In this document: positions 11,649-26,107 of the stretch, piece after piece
Numbering within the stretch: position 1 is the stretch's first letter
How the letters are laid out: each line of letters opens with the position of its first letter
Assembly: GCA_951406725.2 (NCBI GenBank)
Contig: OX597829.1
Span: 37,138,001-37,202,000, forward strand
Direction: 5' to 3'
DNA: 64,000 bases
Source of the DNA: Octopus vulgaris
Taxonomy: Eukaryota
The notes under the pieces: generated by a model
The model's database searches: none
What the model saw: the letters and a program-made list of their open reading frames with translations, nothing else
Told to the model about the DNA's origin: nothing
Position numbers and translations under genes: made by a program

Positions 11649-13587
11649 CTAAAACATTGTTCTTAAAAACAGAATGGCTTCTACCACATCTTCCTTCATA
11701 GAAGCCCTTGAATCAGATTTAATTATCTTTAGAGCAGAAAGCATTGCTGTTAAAGTTCTGGCTACATCCCTAATAATATCTGGATAAAGAAGGATGACTT
11801 CTTCTACAGTAAGTTTCGATGACTGATCATACTTTTCCACTTCTTTTAAGGCATTAAGAGTATCTTGCTGAAACTTTCTTTTTTATTTAAAGTTCTAATG
11901 GTGTTTTTGTAGTTTCTTCATTCAATTGCTGTCACTTCACTTTTGAATGCTCCATTTCATCCAAAACAGCTTCAAAGTCTAATTATTCATTCGATTCTGA
12001 ATAGGTTGCTTTCAAGTTACTGGTACTGTGAACATCTTTAATTTCAGTTTTGGGTTGCCTCTCATGTCCTTTCATTTGATATGCTATTCCACTCTGTGCC
12101 TGTTTTCCTTCATCAATTTGCTTATTGTTTATTAAAATTCAATTCATCGGATCAATGTAAATAGCAGCTAACAAAATTTTATTGTCCAGCAAGAGAGATT
12201 CTCTTTTTCTCATTGAAAGAACAATACCATCAGAAATTAATCCTCCTTTTTTGTTCCAGACTAAATATCAACTTTTTCCACTCCAACAAGAATCCACCAG
12301 GGGTTAAATCCTCAGATTGCAACTTCTTGGTGCCAATATAAGGCTGAAAAAGCAAACTTTCTAGTTCTTTTACTTGTGTCCACTAGTTTTCAGTTAGTGA
12401 AATATTTTGGTTATCTAGATCCTTCAGAAAAGTTTTTAGTTTGATCATCAAAGAGGTGCTACCCCAGTGTGTTGCTAGATCTAAAATAGCCCCCTTTCCA
12501 GCACGTCTCTTCAGAATGGCATCTGTTTTGGGTGTTTGGGCTGCAACAGCTACTTGTCTCCGCTTTCCAATGAGAGTAGCTGCATGTCAATCTTTCTATC
12601 CATCTTTTATTGCTAGTTGTAGTGAATGTGCAGCACAGTGTATATGTTGAATTGTAAATAATCTGGATACTTCTTCTGAAGCACTAGAGTTCTCCTCTAG
12701 TGCTTCTGTTAGTTCTGCTACTGTTCCAGGAATGTTCTCTTTATCATCTCATGTTTTTGTACCTTCTTCAGTAGCTTTATTTATTTTCTCAGTTGTACTC
12801 AACATATTTGAAACATTATCAGTTACAATAAAATACTTCTTCCACCAACTTCTGAAGATATGCAATAGTGTTGTGCTTGAGTGTCCTTTACTGCCAATGT
12901 CTGTGTCACCACCTTATCATTCTCATCAACAAACCTGACGTTAATGGCAAAATAGTTGGTTCTGTGGGCATCCATTTTAATAAAGACAAAGCGTTCCTTT
13001 AGACCTTTTTTAAGTTCTTCTTTCTTATATTGGACCTCTTCAATTACAAACCTTTTTATACTTTCTCTTTTCAGTGAAACACTAACTTTTCTGGCCATTT
13101 CTCCATTTAAAGGCTGGAAGGCTGGTTGCAAAACAAAAAACAAAAAAAAACATGATATAGGTACACTGTCTTTTACTACCATTTCAGTGGTGTAGCTCTT
13201 AAACTTCTGTGATGTCATTGTTACAGTAACTTTATCAGAAGTAAAGACAGCTGATATTTTGGATTGTCTTCTTGAAGATTTCTCATCTTTTATAGCTGGA
13301 GTGCTTACATTAATATTTTCTCTATCTTTCCTATTTACTTCTTCTAACGCCTTAAGATGATAACATTGCAAGTATCTTTTCAAATTTGAAGCTATTGTAG
13401 AAGCATTCTTTGAGGAACCAGTGAAACTACTGATTTTTGAATGACATAATTTTTCACCACCATTGACGTTACACTGGCAATGATAATATTTTCTATCTGT
13501 TGTGATTGTAAAATATTCAAACACTGCCAACTTTGGTGAAACTCTTTTTGTCATACTTATTTTTGTAGAAAGGCTATAATTTTTCAA
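11649..13587 (-). pseudogene. hAT-family transposase fossil
   Basis: N-terminal BED-finger-like (VFEYF..C.C..LC...ASNLKRYL), HCAAHSLQLAI CxxH motif, WGST motif, C-terminal dimerisation region SALKIIKSDSRASMKEDVVEAILFLR; multiple stops and frameshifts; TIRs not identified. Confidence 0.8.
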
Positions 13588-15311
13588 ATTTGTGAAAAAT
13601 TGAGATTGGCCTCAAATATAAATAATTAAAATGAAATATTTCCTGAAAAGGAAAAAAAAATTAGATAATTGAGTAAGCATCTGCAATATTTGAAATTAGT
13701 ACATACAATCAGGGGCATATATGGTCGAAATTATTGGGGTGGGGACAAGAATTTTTTGACCAACTAAGTTTCAAGTCATAGAAAAATTCTCAAAAAAAAA
13801 AAATTATTTTGAAATTTTTCTTCAATTTAAAAATTATTTTATGAGTTTTAAAAAAATTATTTTCTTATAGCGATGGTTTGTTAATTACTGTAAATGAAAA
13901 ATATTGAAAGAAATTTATACTAAGAGAAAAACCTAGCACTTGCAGTTTTTTTATGCTTCCTTATTTAAATACCCAAAACATTTTTTAAACTCCCGTCAAT
14001 CTTGAGTGTCTTGCTATAAAAACATCATGACTATATTAAAATTATTACAGTACTCAAAATTTTCTTACATATCAATGTTGATTTTATTTTTCTGTATTTC
14101 CTTTTTCCACTTACAAAATAATGCAACAACAATTTACATTATGAGAAAAATTATTAATGAAACTATGATGAATTTGAATTACATTTAATGAGTAAATTTT
14201 GAAGTTTCCTTCTATTCTATCAATTAGTGAGTTTCAGCCAAAAAGCAAAAAAGACACAGCAAAGAAACCTCAGCTTTTGAAGTCTATTTATTTCTAAGAG
14301 GTATTAATTAAAAGGAAACTCACCCCTTATTACAAAAAATATAACTTGCAAGACTTAACCATCTAATTCATTTTGAGTACTTATTGAAAATCAAATTAAG
14401 AGTCTCTGTACTGTAAAAATAAAAAAATGAAAACTGAACATTTTTACAAAGAAAATGTAAGTTCATCAAATAATTACTAATTAAAAGGAACCTTACCCTA
14501 AAGATATTCAATAAATTGGAAAATACTTAACTATTTTAAAAGAAGGAAAAAAATTATTCATGAGATTTTATGAAACAATTGAACAACTTCAAGTAATATT
14601 TGAGATTTAAGTGAGACTTCTTGCCTGTTAGGAAATTTGAAAAATGGGAATGTTATCATGAAAGCAAGTTTCAGTTCAAGTTCAGATTAATTGAAAAGAG
14701 TTGCCTTTCTCAAAAAAAAAAAAAAGAAAAAAAAAACTGAGTTAGGATGATAAAGTAAATTAAGAATAATAAAACTTAATAGTCTGAATAATTAACTGAA
14801 TATTTAAGTACTTTTTAATTAAAGATCAAAGTTGAAAGAATCTTGGTCTCTCTACTCTCTAAATAAAAAAAATAAAATATTTTTTTAAAAATCAAAAATG
14901 CATTGGTGTAGCAATTTGCTGAAGCAGGAGTACATTGAAGTCTTAGGAGAAACTTTTTACACCAATGTGTATCAAATTATTCCTATTGCCAAAATTTAAG
15001 TTTGATTTTAAATGCATATTCCAGGTAACATTTGTGAATTTTTTTGTGCTCTTAATTCAAAATAAAAAGTAACACATTTTCAACAATATCTACACAGATT
15101 TGTTGATGAGAGAACAAAGTTGTAAGTAATATGTTACTCAGGTTGTACGAAAATTTTCTACAATCCTAATTCAATCCTTACCAAGAATAAAGCGTAGTGT
15201 CCCCTTAAATTTACTATATTCTCTTATTCTTTTACTTGTTTCAGTCATTTGGCTGTGGCCATGCTGGAGCACCCCCTTTAGTCAAGCAAAACGACCCCTG
15301 GACTTATTCTT

Positions 15312-15930
15312 TGACAAACAGTAACCACTTCTTGTGCAGATAAAAAGATAAAAGCTTGCATGGTAGTCATGTATCCCACCACAACTCCTTGTCCAAAACC
15401 ATTCTTCAAGGTTTTATTTACAGGTCTTGATGTGTGGTTTTAGTTTCTACTGCCATAATGAAGCTGAACAACATATGAAAAAGCAATTCAATTAATTTTC
15501 CAACAAGGCCTTGGTGACTTCAATCCTTCTGTATGGGTGTCAGGGCTAACATTGAGCAAAGAATTCAGGCATTTGAGCACAAATGTTTCAGAAGGCTGCT
15601 TATCATCTTGTACAAAAGCATAAAATGAATGGGTTTATCAGGCAGCAAGTCAACAGTAACCAATCCTTATGGAGAAAAAAGGGTGAAAGCCTGCATGGTA
15701 GTCACATATCCCACCACAACTCTCTGTACAAGACCATTCTTTAGGGCATAGTTGAATGAGGGCAGAGAGGCAGAGAAAATCTTGGTTTAACAACATCAAG
15801 GAATGGACAAATCACAACACTGTGAACCTGCTACGCTTGACAGAGAACAAAGATCAGTGGCAATGGCTGATTGCAAAAGCTTCTAGAGTAGGACCTCAAT
15901 GGTTGACTGCATCAGCTGTGGGAACTTAAT
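15312..15930 (+). mobile_element. Decayed RTE-like LINE 3' region with a local duplication
   Basis: SILLYGCQG...FEHKCFRRLL motif; ~15315-15410 duplicated at ~15650-15740. Confidence 0.55.
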
Positions 15931-17172
15931 GATAATGTGTGGTTTTATGAGCTATATCTCTTGCCAAGGAAAAGACATTAGTGCTGCTGCTGGTGGTACT
16001 TCAGCTGGTGATGGTGCTACTCTTGATGTTCCTGCAGTTATTGGTATGTGCATATGTGTGTGTATGTATATATTTTAAGTGTGTGTGCGTGCATACACCT
16101 GCTTGAACATGTGTGTGTGTATATATATGTATATGAGTGCATGTGTGTACCCCAAAATATGTCTTTACAGTTATGAATTTGTGTTGCAAAATTCTTGACG
16201 TGAAGTTGTCTGTTGAAACAGATATTGTTGTATTTCAGGATGGTCGGGGTTTTTTTTTTGCCAAATAAACACACACTATATATCCGTTCTTCACTCATTT
16301 ACTACTGTTCTTATTCCAAAGATGGAATAAGCAGAGTAAGAGCATACACAAAGATGGAAAGTCTCACCAAGGAGGTCACAGATGGGTGATAAAAGATTTC
16401 CGGACAATGGACATGAGTTACAATAAGAACAATAATAAATAAGTGAAGAATGAATATATAGTGTGTTTAAAGGGCGGAAAATAAAATTTTTTTAAAAAAT
16501 AAATAAAAAGACCATCCCGAAATACAATAAAATATGTCTTTACATTTAGTCCTATGGAAATGTAGAGATTGATCTTTTGACCCCTATACTGTTTATTTGG
16601 TCCTTTGTCTACTATTCTACTATGTAGCAGTTACTAAATAAAAAGTGATACATAGCCCACTCCATACCATTATATTCTTGTGTATTTGATCTGAGTTTAT
16701 ATTTATTTTCCAGTTTCTAACCATTGGTTTGGATAGATGCCTTAAAATTTTATCCTTTTTTATGGTTGTCCTCTTCAGCCTTCCTTCCTTCCTTCCTCAT
16801 TCACTCACTCTTATTCTCCATCCCTCCTTCCTTCCTCCCACCCCTATCTCCTTCCCTTTTGTTTTCTCTGATTTTCCCTTTTTGTTTTTTTCCTATCTCC
16901 CTTTCTCTCTTTTTTTTTTTTGTCCCTCTCCATATCTCTTTGCTGTTTATTTCCTACTTCCTTCTCAAAATACTTATAAAATGTCTTATCATGTCTCCAA
17001 CTTCAGACATTAGATCTCAATAAAATGTTCCCCTGATGATCTGTTGCAGTAAAGCATCCAACTGTACTTGGAACATCCAATGGTGTGGATCTAAACAACA
17101 ACATTTGTAAAATGTACATAGAAATTAATGATATAAAACTTGTGTTTGTCATAATTTCTTTTGTGTGTGTGT

Positions 17173-17221
<49 letters not shown>

Positions 17222-17312
17222 AATCACCATTGTCATTTTTTAACATCTAGTTCTATACTCACACATGCACACACGCACACACGTGTATATGCACAGACAT
17301 GTGTGTGTAAAT

Positions 17313-17720
17313 ATATGAGGATCAGCTGAAAAGTTCATGGGCTGACCAAGATATTCTCATGAAATGTGGCCAAATGAGGCTTATTTTTCAACATAGTCCC
17401 TCTTGCATAGTCCTTCCCATCAGTGTTTCAATACTTGGATCTCATTTGTAGAGGAACTTTCATTCTGTTGGGCAAAAAAACGTCAACAGCAGGTATGACA
17501 TCATTATCACTGTTGCACTGCATCCCAGTCAAGTGTTTTTTTTCATGTTGGGGAACAGTTGATAGTCAGGTGGGGGCCAAACCAGGAGAATAGGGAGGGT
17601 GATCAATCAGTCCAAAACCACAGCCATTGAAAGCAAAGACTTGTGTGTTGGAACAATGTCCTGATGACCCTTTTTTGTCAGTTTTCCTGGGTGTTTGGTC
17701 TTGATAGCCAGAATGGCAGA
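17313..17720 (-). mobile_element. Highly decayed mariner-like remnant
   Basis: TA-TGAGGATCAGCTGAAAAGTTC TIR-like end and a residual C-terminal KY..H.WE...YVEK pattern on the minus strand. Confidence 0.45.
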
Positions 17721-19899
17721 ATAATTTGGGGTGGATTTAGAGAGGGAATTATGGCAACAGCAGATGTGAACAAGGGTAAATTCCAGATAAGGAGATAAAG
17801 GCAAAAGTAAGTGATGGATAGATACAGACTGTTCAGTAGTGCCTTTTATCTATGGCTTAAGTTGACAACAGTTTTATAGATAGAGTGGTTAAGGGAAAGT
17901 TGCTGATCTATTAGACATAGCTAGGCACAACTGAGCTTTTGGAAGTATAACGTATATGCACACAATTTGGTCCCTAACCCAATATGTCCCTGTCAAGTCT
18001 ATATCTGCTGTTCCTCTACCCTTACCTATCGATTAAACTTTTATCTGCTGGATTATTCTATTGCTGCAATTAATAAAAACAGAACCTGTTATTATATATG
18101 TCATCATCCTTTCTGTACTGCAATTCACTTCTCCTAATGACATCGTCTTTTATTTTTACCATTGATCACCACTTTTGTTCTCTAATCACTACATTTCCCC
18201 TTGTATGCCTCTGATCGCCTTTATACACTCCATCACTCACCTCATTATTTTTAGTAACTTTAACACCCACCAGTCATCTCTTTGTTACACACCTTTTCAT
18301 CACATTTATATTTATTGCATTATTTTGATGTTGAGATAACTGAACCTGCTACTATATATCATAGTATCATCCTTTCTATACTGCTAATCATCATTCCTGC
18401 ATCTTTGAGCCACTTCCGATTTAATCCTCATTTCTATTATCCTCTCATTCATATTTATCATCAACTCCTGCCTACCATGGTTCACTGTTCACTACACTCA
18501 CCGCCTATGTATCTCTGATCATCTGTATCCCTATTTCTATATATTTCTCACTCCCCACCACATTCTTTTAACCTTTACCCACCTTTTCTGATTCTCCTGT
18601 CACTACACACTTTTATTCACTTTCTTGAACATGTTACTTTTAAGGTATGTTCTGGCACTACATGACCACCATATTTATTGATCTTGCACCATTCCATCAA
18701 TCCTCACTTGCCCATACATAATACAGTTTCGTTGGTAGCTGTTTGGCTTCTATACTGTAGGGAATAAGAAAGCTTGTGCTGTGGCTTGCTGACAACCAGT
18801 AGGTTCACACATATACTTTGTGTTTGTCTTTTTACCTGATCTGCGTTCATTTGCCTAATCCCCAGTCCTTTTTCATGTAAGCTATCTTAAATGCTTTTTC
18901 ATACAGTTATCGTCATTAGTGTCCTTGATGTTGATGTCAGTAGTTGTATCATTGGTGTTGTTGTTGGTGGTAGTGTTGTTGGTGTTGGTGATGAATGTTG
19001 AAATTCAGTTATCTGATATGGGAGTTAGGTAATCTTATTAGGCCTAGATAATGCTTAAATATTGGTGTCTAGTTTTGGGAGGTTCTGTGGTATGTAATAC
19101 AGAGTGAGACATTAACGTTTCGCAGGGAGCTTAAAGCTTTGTTACCTACCGAGAGAGAGAGAATGATGATAGATTTCCAGTATTTGGTGATGGAGGTGGG
19201 TAGAGTGGGTATGTGACAGGTAAGCTAGCACTCCTATTTTGTACAGTGGTCAAGATTCAACTGGCCAAGGAGCTAGTGAGCAAGAGAGAGAGAAAGAGTG
19301 ATGAACATATTGGGGGGGGAAAAATGGGAAAATATGTTTGTTACTTACATACCAGGTATACAGACTAACTCCCACCATGTTTAATAATTACAGTGATGAT
19401 TGTTTAGTTATTCATTGGAAATCAGTAGCAAATCAATCAAAATTAGAAGCATCTAACTATGCCTAAGAACCTCTTGGTCGGCACCAAGCGATCCCACAAA
19501 CTTTCTTCTTCCTTTCAGGTGCAGAAGGCAGATGCCAACAAGAGGATCCATTTTTGGATCCCACTTCCTCTCAGGGCTACAACTTTATGGCAGCCACCAT
19601 CAACCCCCGTACAATGAAAGGTAGGTTGGGTGAGATTGTGGAGGTGCTGGAATGAAGGCAATTAGATGTGTGATGTATACAAGAAGTAAGATGGAGAGGA
19701 GCCTACCTATGCTTCCCGTGGGTAAGGAACAAAGGTATAGTTTCTTCTTGGAAGAAATGGGGGATGTGGAATAAGACAAATAAGCATGGGCTACTCTTGA
19801 GCAACATAATAGCAATATTTATTTATGATTATACACCAAGGTCAGGTGCGATAGGTGAACAGGATACTTTTTTGAGGCCATTTTGCTGACTTCAAAATT

Positions 19900-21400
19900 A
19901 CAGTAATCACTGTGGCTAGCATATTTAATGGAGAAATCAAATAACATAATGAGGACTTCACTGGCATACATGACTGCTACAGTTATAGCACATGAATTGA
20001 GGGGAGATCAAAGTTGTAAATGGCCTTACCATCTGCATCACCAGCTATTAACATAGACACAATTCAAGGTAGATGTAGGGAGGTTATAGAGATACTAGCC
20101 TGAAGGAAAGTTGATATGTGCTGCATGCAAGAAGTGAGATGAACTCATCTTTTTGTCTGAGGAATATCATTCAGACATCTCAAGCAAACAACTCAAGAAT
20201 GAATTCTTCTGCTGGTTTAAGTGGATTAGGCATATTGGTGGTGAAGAAATGGATATGTAACACACTTGAAGTAGCCAGAATATGTGACCGAATAATTAAA
20301 CTTAGACTAGTTGTAATTAAAACAACAGCAATTAATATGTCTGCTTACTTATAACCACTAAAGCTGACCAATGAATAAAAAAAAATCCTTATTTACAAGG
20401 CTCTCTTGTGAACCACTTTGTTAACATTGGCAACTACTTCATTATCTTGGTTCAGATCCTCTATGGTGGCTTCTCTGGAGTACATAGTGACTATGGTTAT
20501 GGTCCTAAATATGAGGGATCAAATCCTCTGGAGTGTTCTGATACAAATGAACTAGCCATCTTCCAATGAGGTGAATGTTCAAGCTTGACAAATGTCATTC
20601 TCATCAGAAACCTAACAAGCGCAAATAAGTCCTTCCTCAGTAAACAATGTGCCACTTAACATAGGCTACTGATTAGTGACTTTAGAAAAAAGAGCTTCAC
20701 AAATGAGACCACAGATATTCTGGGAAAGGATGGTAAAGAAATTGAAACAACCTTCTGCTAAATATATGTTCTGAACAATTCTAGATGATGCTTATGATGA
20801 AAAAGAGGAGAAGATGGAAACTAGAAAAAAAAAACAACTTAAAATTTTTATGAGGCAACATGCTGAAAGCTATAGACCATTTCTGTGGCTGGAGCAAGAT
20901 ACTAACCAAACATAAGGTAACATAGTAGAGGAATAGCATTGTAAATAGAGCCATAAGAAGTAAAAGACAAGGATGGAAGAAAGTGGGCTGCAAAGAATTG
21001 TCATGAGGCCAAGAGGGAAGCTAGGTGACAAATACACTGTTTGTAAAGAAGCCGAGAGCAGGAGTTTTGCCAGTCTTTTGTGACGAGAGGATCAGAGGTG
21101 TGTAGTTTTTCAGATTGTGTGATTGCATGTTAGTGTAAATCAAGATGTTAGAGAAAAGTGTGTTTGAAATGATGGTGCCTCTATTATTGTCAGTAATGAT
21201 TGAAAGAAGAGACCAGCTATCAAAACAGAAATTATATCATCACAATAGTCATTAAAGTTATGAAGATGGAGTAATCAGGTAGGGTAGTTAAGATGCTGGA
21301 AATATATGATGAAACAGGTATCTAGCTCCTGTACAATCAACTAGGAATACAGACAGCATGTCATATCCAATAACAAGAATTTAGCTTTTATGAAAGAGAG
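19900..21400 (+). mobile_element. Highly decayed RTE-like LINE (endonuclease to RT region)
   Basis: Residual CCMQEVR and RICDRIIKLRL motifs, similar to the better preserved minus-strand copy at 31150-31900. Confidence 0.5.
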
Positions 21401-23134
21401 AAATCTTATTTCAACTTTTTTATAACTATCCTCCAGGACAGGCAACAAAACTAGCACTCAGCACTACAGTTGATATAGTATAGGCATTGCAATAATTCAT
21501 ATCCTCTCACCCAATTTGCCCCAGTTAATTACCTTGATATTTTCCTAAGTATTTATGCAGCCTAGACTGTTGAAATCATTTATCTGAAACCACACTTGCT
21601 ATTAGCTCTACCCCCACTGTACACCCAGCAAATATTAGCATTAGCTTTTCATCTCCCTAACTCCACCCCATTCTTACCTTTCTATCCCTCATTAACCCTT
21701 CCTCACACTACTTTCTCAGTGTGTATCATCGTTATCCTCCAGTGTTATTCTGCACTGCAAACTTAAATTACTTTACAGTCATTAGTTCCACTGACAAAAT
21801 GTTGATACAGTTATGCCTCACATAAACTGTACAATGTTTCAAACAACTGTACATCAATCATGTGGAACTGCAGTAAATAAAGATATTTAGGATCTTTTGT
21901 GTTGCTGTCGGTTTTTAATTGTTTTAATTTCATTTCGGTTCTTTTCAAATTTGATGTACTGATGTAGTTTTGCATGCTAATTGTAGAAACGTTAGCTTTT
22001 AAAGCTTGAAAACTTTGTGTAATTTTAAACGATTGAGAACCACAGACATATTGGTGCCTGTTTCCATAGTAACAAGCCATATATTTTACTTAACTTCTTA
22101 CTATTCAGATTATTCTGTCAAATGTAATGCTTTTTTATTCACATTCTTTTGAATTTGTCATGCATTTACATCACAGCTTTCAAATTTCAATGATGTGATT
22201 GCTTATTTTTAGAATGACTGTTTTTCCAATCATTGCCTTAATTTCTCCTTCATTTGTAGCATCTGTACAATTAAATTATCTCGTTTTGACTATGACACGA
22301 AAGTACAGAAGATGTGCTATTATCATTTCTGCATGAAATCTAAATGTGATCTTAAACAATCATTGTGTTTTGCTACTTTTTCACAGAAAATTACCCTTAT
22401 TGTTTGATTCTTCTGTTTCATCATGTCCTCCAAGTGGTAATTCTTGACTGGCCAAAATTCCAATTCAATGAATTAATCTTTTCAATATATCATGACTTTT
22501 CTTGACTGATCTATCGTGGGACTGAATCAAAGCTACTTTCCAGTGATCAATCACTGTATCAATTCCGTGTTGGCCAAAGTTTTCAGAGCAATTATGGAAT
22601 TCAGATGGCTCTGAGATTTTTGTGTTTTGTCAAAGCCATAATCAAATTGTACAAATCACAGTAGCCAGTAGTTGTCCATATGTTCTTATGCTGACAAAAT
22701 AACAGACATTGGAAACAGAAATTTGTTCAGAATGGGACATTCCATCATTCATTCGTACTGTTTGTAATACTGAGAATCAAAATAACCAGGATATTCCTTG
22801 CTACCCACTTTAAGTTTAAAAGTGAGAAAAATGTTTATAATCTTTTTAAATGAATTAAAGCTTTATTCTCACAAAAATTTAGGTGGTAGTTTACTTTTTA
22901 TATAATCTTTTTAAAATCATTCTAAATATTTAAAGTTAAATTTTAAAGCATTGGCATGGATAAATAAATGAAAATTTTAACTTTTTAATTACAAAAAAAT
23001 AAACTTTGCTGGTTGCTTCTTTTTGTTCTAAGTGTGAGTCAAGAAAAAAACTCGGGGGGGGGGATCATATGACTGAATTCAGGTCTTAAGAAGGGATCAA
23101 GAATACTCTCCATGGGTTAAATCTTTTAAGAAAC

Positions 23135-23490
23135 AGGAGGGGCAGTGTGGTAAAAAGTTTGCTTCTGGGTTCAGTCCAACAGCATAGCACTTTGGGTAAA
23201 TGTCTTCTATTGTAGGCACAGGCCTACCTAAGCCTTGTAGATGGAAACTGAATGAAGCCTTATATATGTGTGTGTGTGTGATTCTGTGTTTATCCCCTAG
23301 CACTGCTTGACAGCCAGTCTTGGTGTGGTTATGTCCCTCTAACTTAGCAGTTCAGTGTGAGTAACCAATAGAATAAGAACCAGGTTTAAAAAAAAAAAAG
23401 TATTGGGGTCAATTCATTCAGTAAAAATTCTTCAAGGCAGTGCCCCAGCATGGCCACAGTCTAATGACTGAAGCAAGTAGAAGATAAAAT
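23135..23490 (+). mobile_element. Diverged family A SINE
   Basis: Colinear with 212-615 throughout. Confidence 0.75.
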
Positions 23491-24175
23491 ATACATCTTC
23501 AGTACTGAATAATCATACAAAATAGACCAGATTCAGCAATGAAGCAAAAAATGCAAATTGACTAAACATTCATTTCTTGTCTAAATCTGTTTGATTATGA
23601 GGAAAGCTTTAAGTCCTTTGAATAGGTAAGTCTTTGATCTCTGCTACACAAGGCAGTAAAAACACCAGTGCTTCAGGCGAAAATGTGTTGACAGTGTATC
23701 TACTGGCTTAACACAGCTCCAAGACAAGCAGTAAAAAAATCTGATTTTCTCTCTTTCTTCCACTACTCACTCAATTGTTTTGCCTCTCGTTTTGACACTC
23801 TTCTTGTAGAGAATAATAGAATATGAAGAAACTAACACCATTGCTCTTACTTACTAAGACTGAAAACAAGCAAAAAAAAAAAAATTGCATTTCTCTGGAA
23901 AACTCCCTCAAAAAGAACAGGAAATCGATTAATTCACTGTTTTTCCTTCTTGCTAAACTAACAGGAGCTTTCTCTACATACACTTGTTAAATAACATTGA
24001 TTGTCTACAGTTTAAAACCAAGAAATGAAGGAATGGGAAATACAAAAAAATGTCATGAATATGATGAGGGTAGTGAAAATGATCAATAATTAATTTTAGA
24101 TTACACAAAAATTATTTATTATGGAAAATAAGTAAGGCATACAGTGCATTGCATACATAAACCCTTCACCCATTA

Positions 24176-24207
<32 letters not shown>

Positions 24208-24491
24208 AATATTGTTCCGTATGTCTAAGTTCAACAAAAAAGAGTGCTTCGCCTAACGAGAGTAACTATTGTTTTTCATGATCACCTCACATGTATGGCC
24301 CACACTACTAAAAGTTTCATGCACATGGAACACAAGTTGGTTTAGAATTTACTGTTTCATTAGCATTTTATTGATACATTTTTAACTTATTTCATAACAA
24401 AAATCCACCATTCTCAGGTAAAATTTTAAACACACATAAATGGACAAGGTAAAACTAGATGACCTATTTACCAACTAACATGATGAACAAT

Positions 24492-24580
24492 AAAATTTAC
24501 CTGAGGATGGTGGATTTTTGCTGGGGTGTAATCTAAGAATGCCTCAATAAAATGGTACCAAAACAGCTGTAGTAAATTTT
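24492..24580 (+). ncRNA. Type-I hammerhead motif with long stem II, G12 mutated
   Basis: AAAAUUUAC-CUGAGGA-U-GGU...ACC-[A]AAA-C(AGCU)GU-A-GUAAAUUUU with a perfect 9-bp stem I. Confidence 0.65.
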
Positions 24581-25504
24581 AAACCCCATTTCTGTTCTTT
24601 TATACATGCATCACACCTGGAACCAACCCTGGTTTAGATCTCAAGGTTTTGATTTGGTATTTGTATGTGTGAGTGTGTACACATACCTGTAATATACTAT
24701 CAACAAATGACACCTAATGGTTGTTTTACCTTACTGTGAACTCAGTAAGGTAAAACATTCATGAGGTTCTACACCATCAGATGATAGTACTCTACATTTT
24801 ATTTTTTTATGATGAGCATGCCACACTTTTAATCCTGAATTTGATCCTGATATCTTTACTGACTATCTGCACTGTTGAAACCAGACCATTTATTTTACAT
24901 TTATTTTTACTGAAGATCTTTAAGTTATCTATATATAACAGGTGATTTAAAGTTGATTTAACTTTTCTTCATTTTTCAAGGTGTATCCTGATGTCACTTT
25001 CTGTAACATCTGTGTTAAGTGTATATCATAGAAATCACAAACAGCAATGGCAACATATTACTTCCCTGAAATATGCCTCTCCTAAAGACAACCTTTGTGA
25101 AAAATTTTCCTCATGGTATTAACTATGAATTCCAGTTCTCTATTGATCTCTTAATAAAATTGAAAATGTTGTCAGATATCTGTACCAACTCAAGACCTTC
25201 TAAAATTATAATTGATCCATGCCATACCCAGATTAGTATGGCTTTTCTTACCTGTCTGTCTATCAGAAGTTGATCCTTTGTCCCTCAGCTTTTCCTCCTG
25301 TATCTATTCTATTTCACTGCCAGTTTGTAATTTATTTCCAGGAAGTCAAACACACAATTAGAATTTATTCTTATCATCAGCTTCCACATCAAGGGTAGTG
25401 TTTTGGAGATCACTAAGGATAGCATCTTTTTTTTATTGAAAGCTGCCACATTTTATATATAAAAAAAAGGACAGCTGTAATCCAACATTATTCCTTAGAG
25501 TGGG

Positions 25505-25541
<37 letters not shown>

Positions 25542-26065
25542 CTATGTGGTGTATAAGATCACATGTAGCAAATGTAATGAATTCTACATTGGGAACTTGA
25601 GAAAAAAAGAAGCCATCTTAATTAGCAGGACCAATCCACATGTTAATAACAGATCCAAACTGCACACAGCTGAATGGCTACTATAGCAATGCAAAGCGAC
25701 CCCTCACATGCACACACACACACACACACACTCTCTCTCTCTCTCTCTCTATTGAACAATACCATGTTTCTGAAGATTTCCAGAAGAGGACCTAATCCCA
25801 AAATATCAAAATACAAGGTAAAGAGTACAAACTATTATACTTCTGTGCCTGTTCATGTTCCATTATGCCTATACCAAACTCAACCAATACATTGCTTATA
25901 GAAATCTTATTTAGACTGATCTCATATCCATGCACTTAAAACTGGAGTTTAGGTACTATTTCAACTTGAGCACTCATTGTATGTACGTATTATCTCTTGA
26001 CATTTGGCATCTTATTACTCATAAATTGTATATATACATGTGTGCATGTGTTTATCAATGTATAC

Positions 26066-26104
<39 letters not shown>

Positions 26105-26107
<3 letters not shown>

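Noticed and set aside
18720-19150. Additional partial hammerhead halves (GAAAC-U-GUA, GAAAC-GUU; also ~44225, ~52425-52468, ~60725, ~63905)
   Set aside because: Only one half of the core is recognisable in each, so they were not counted
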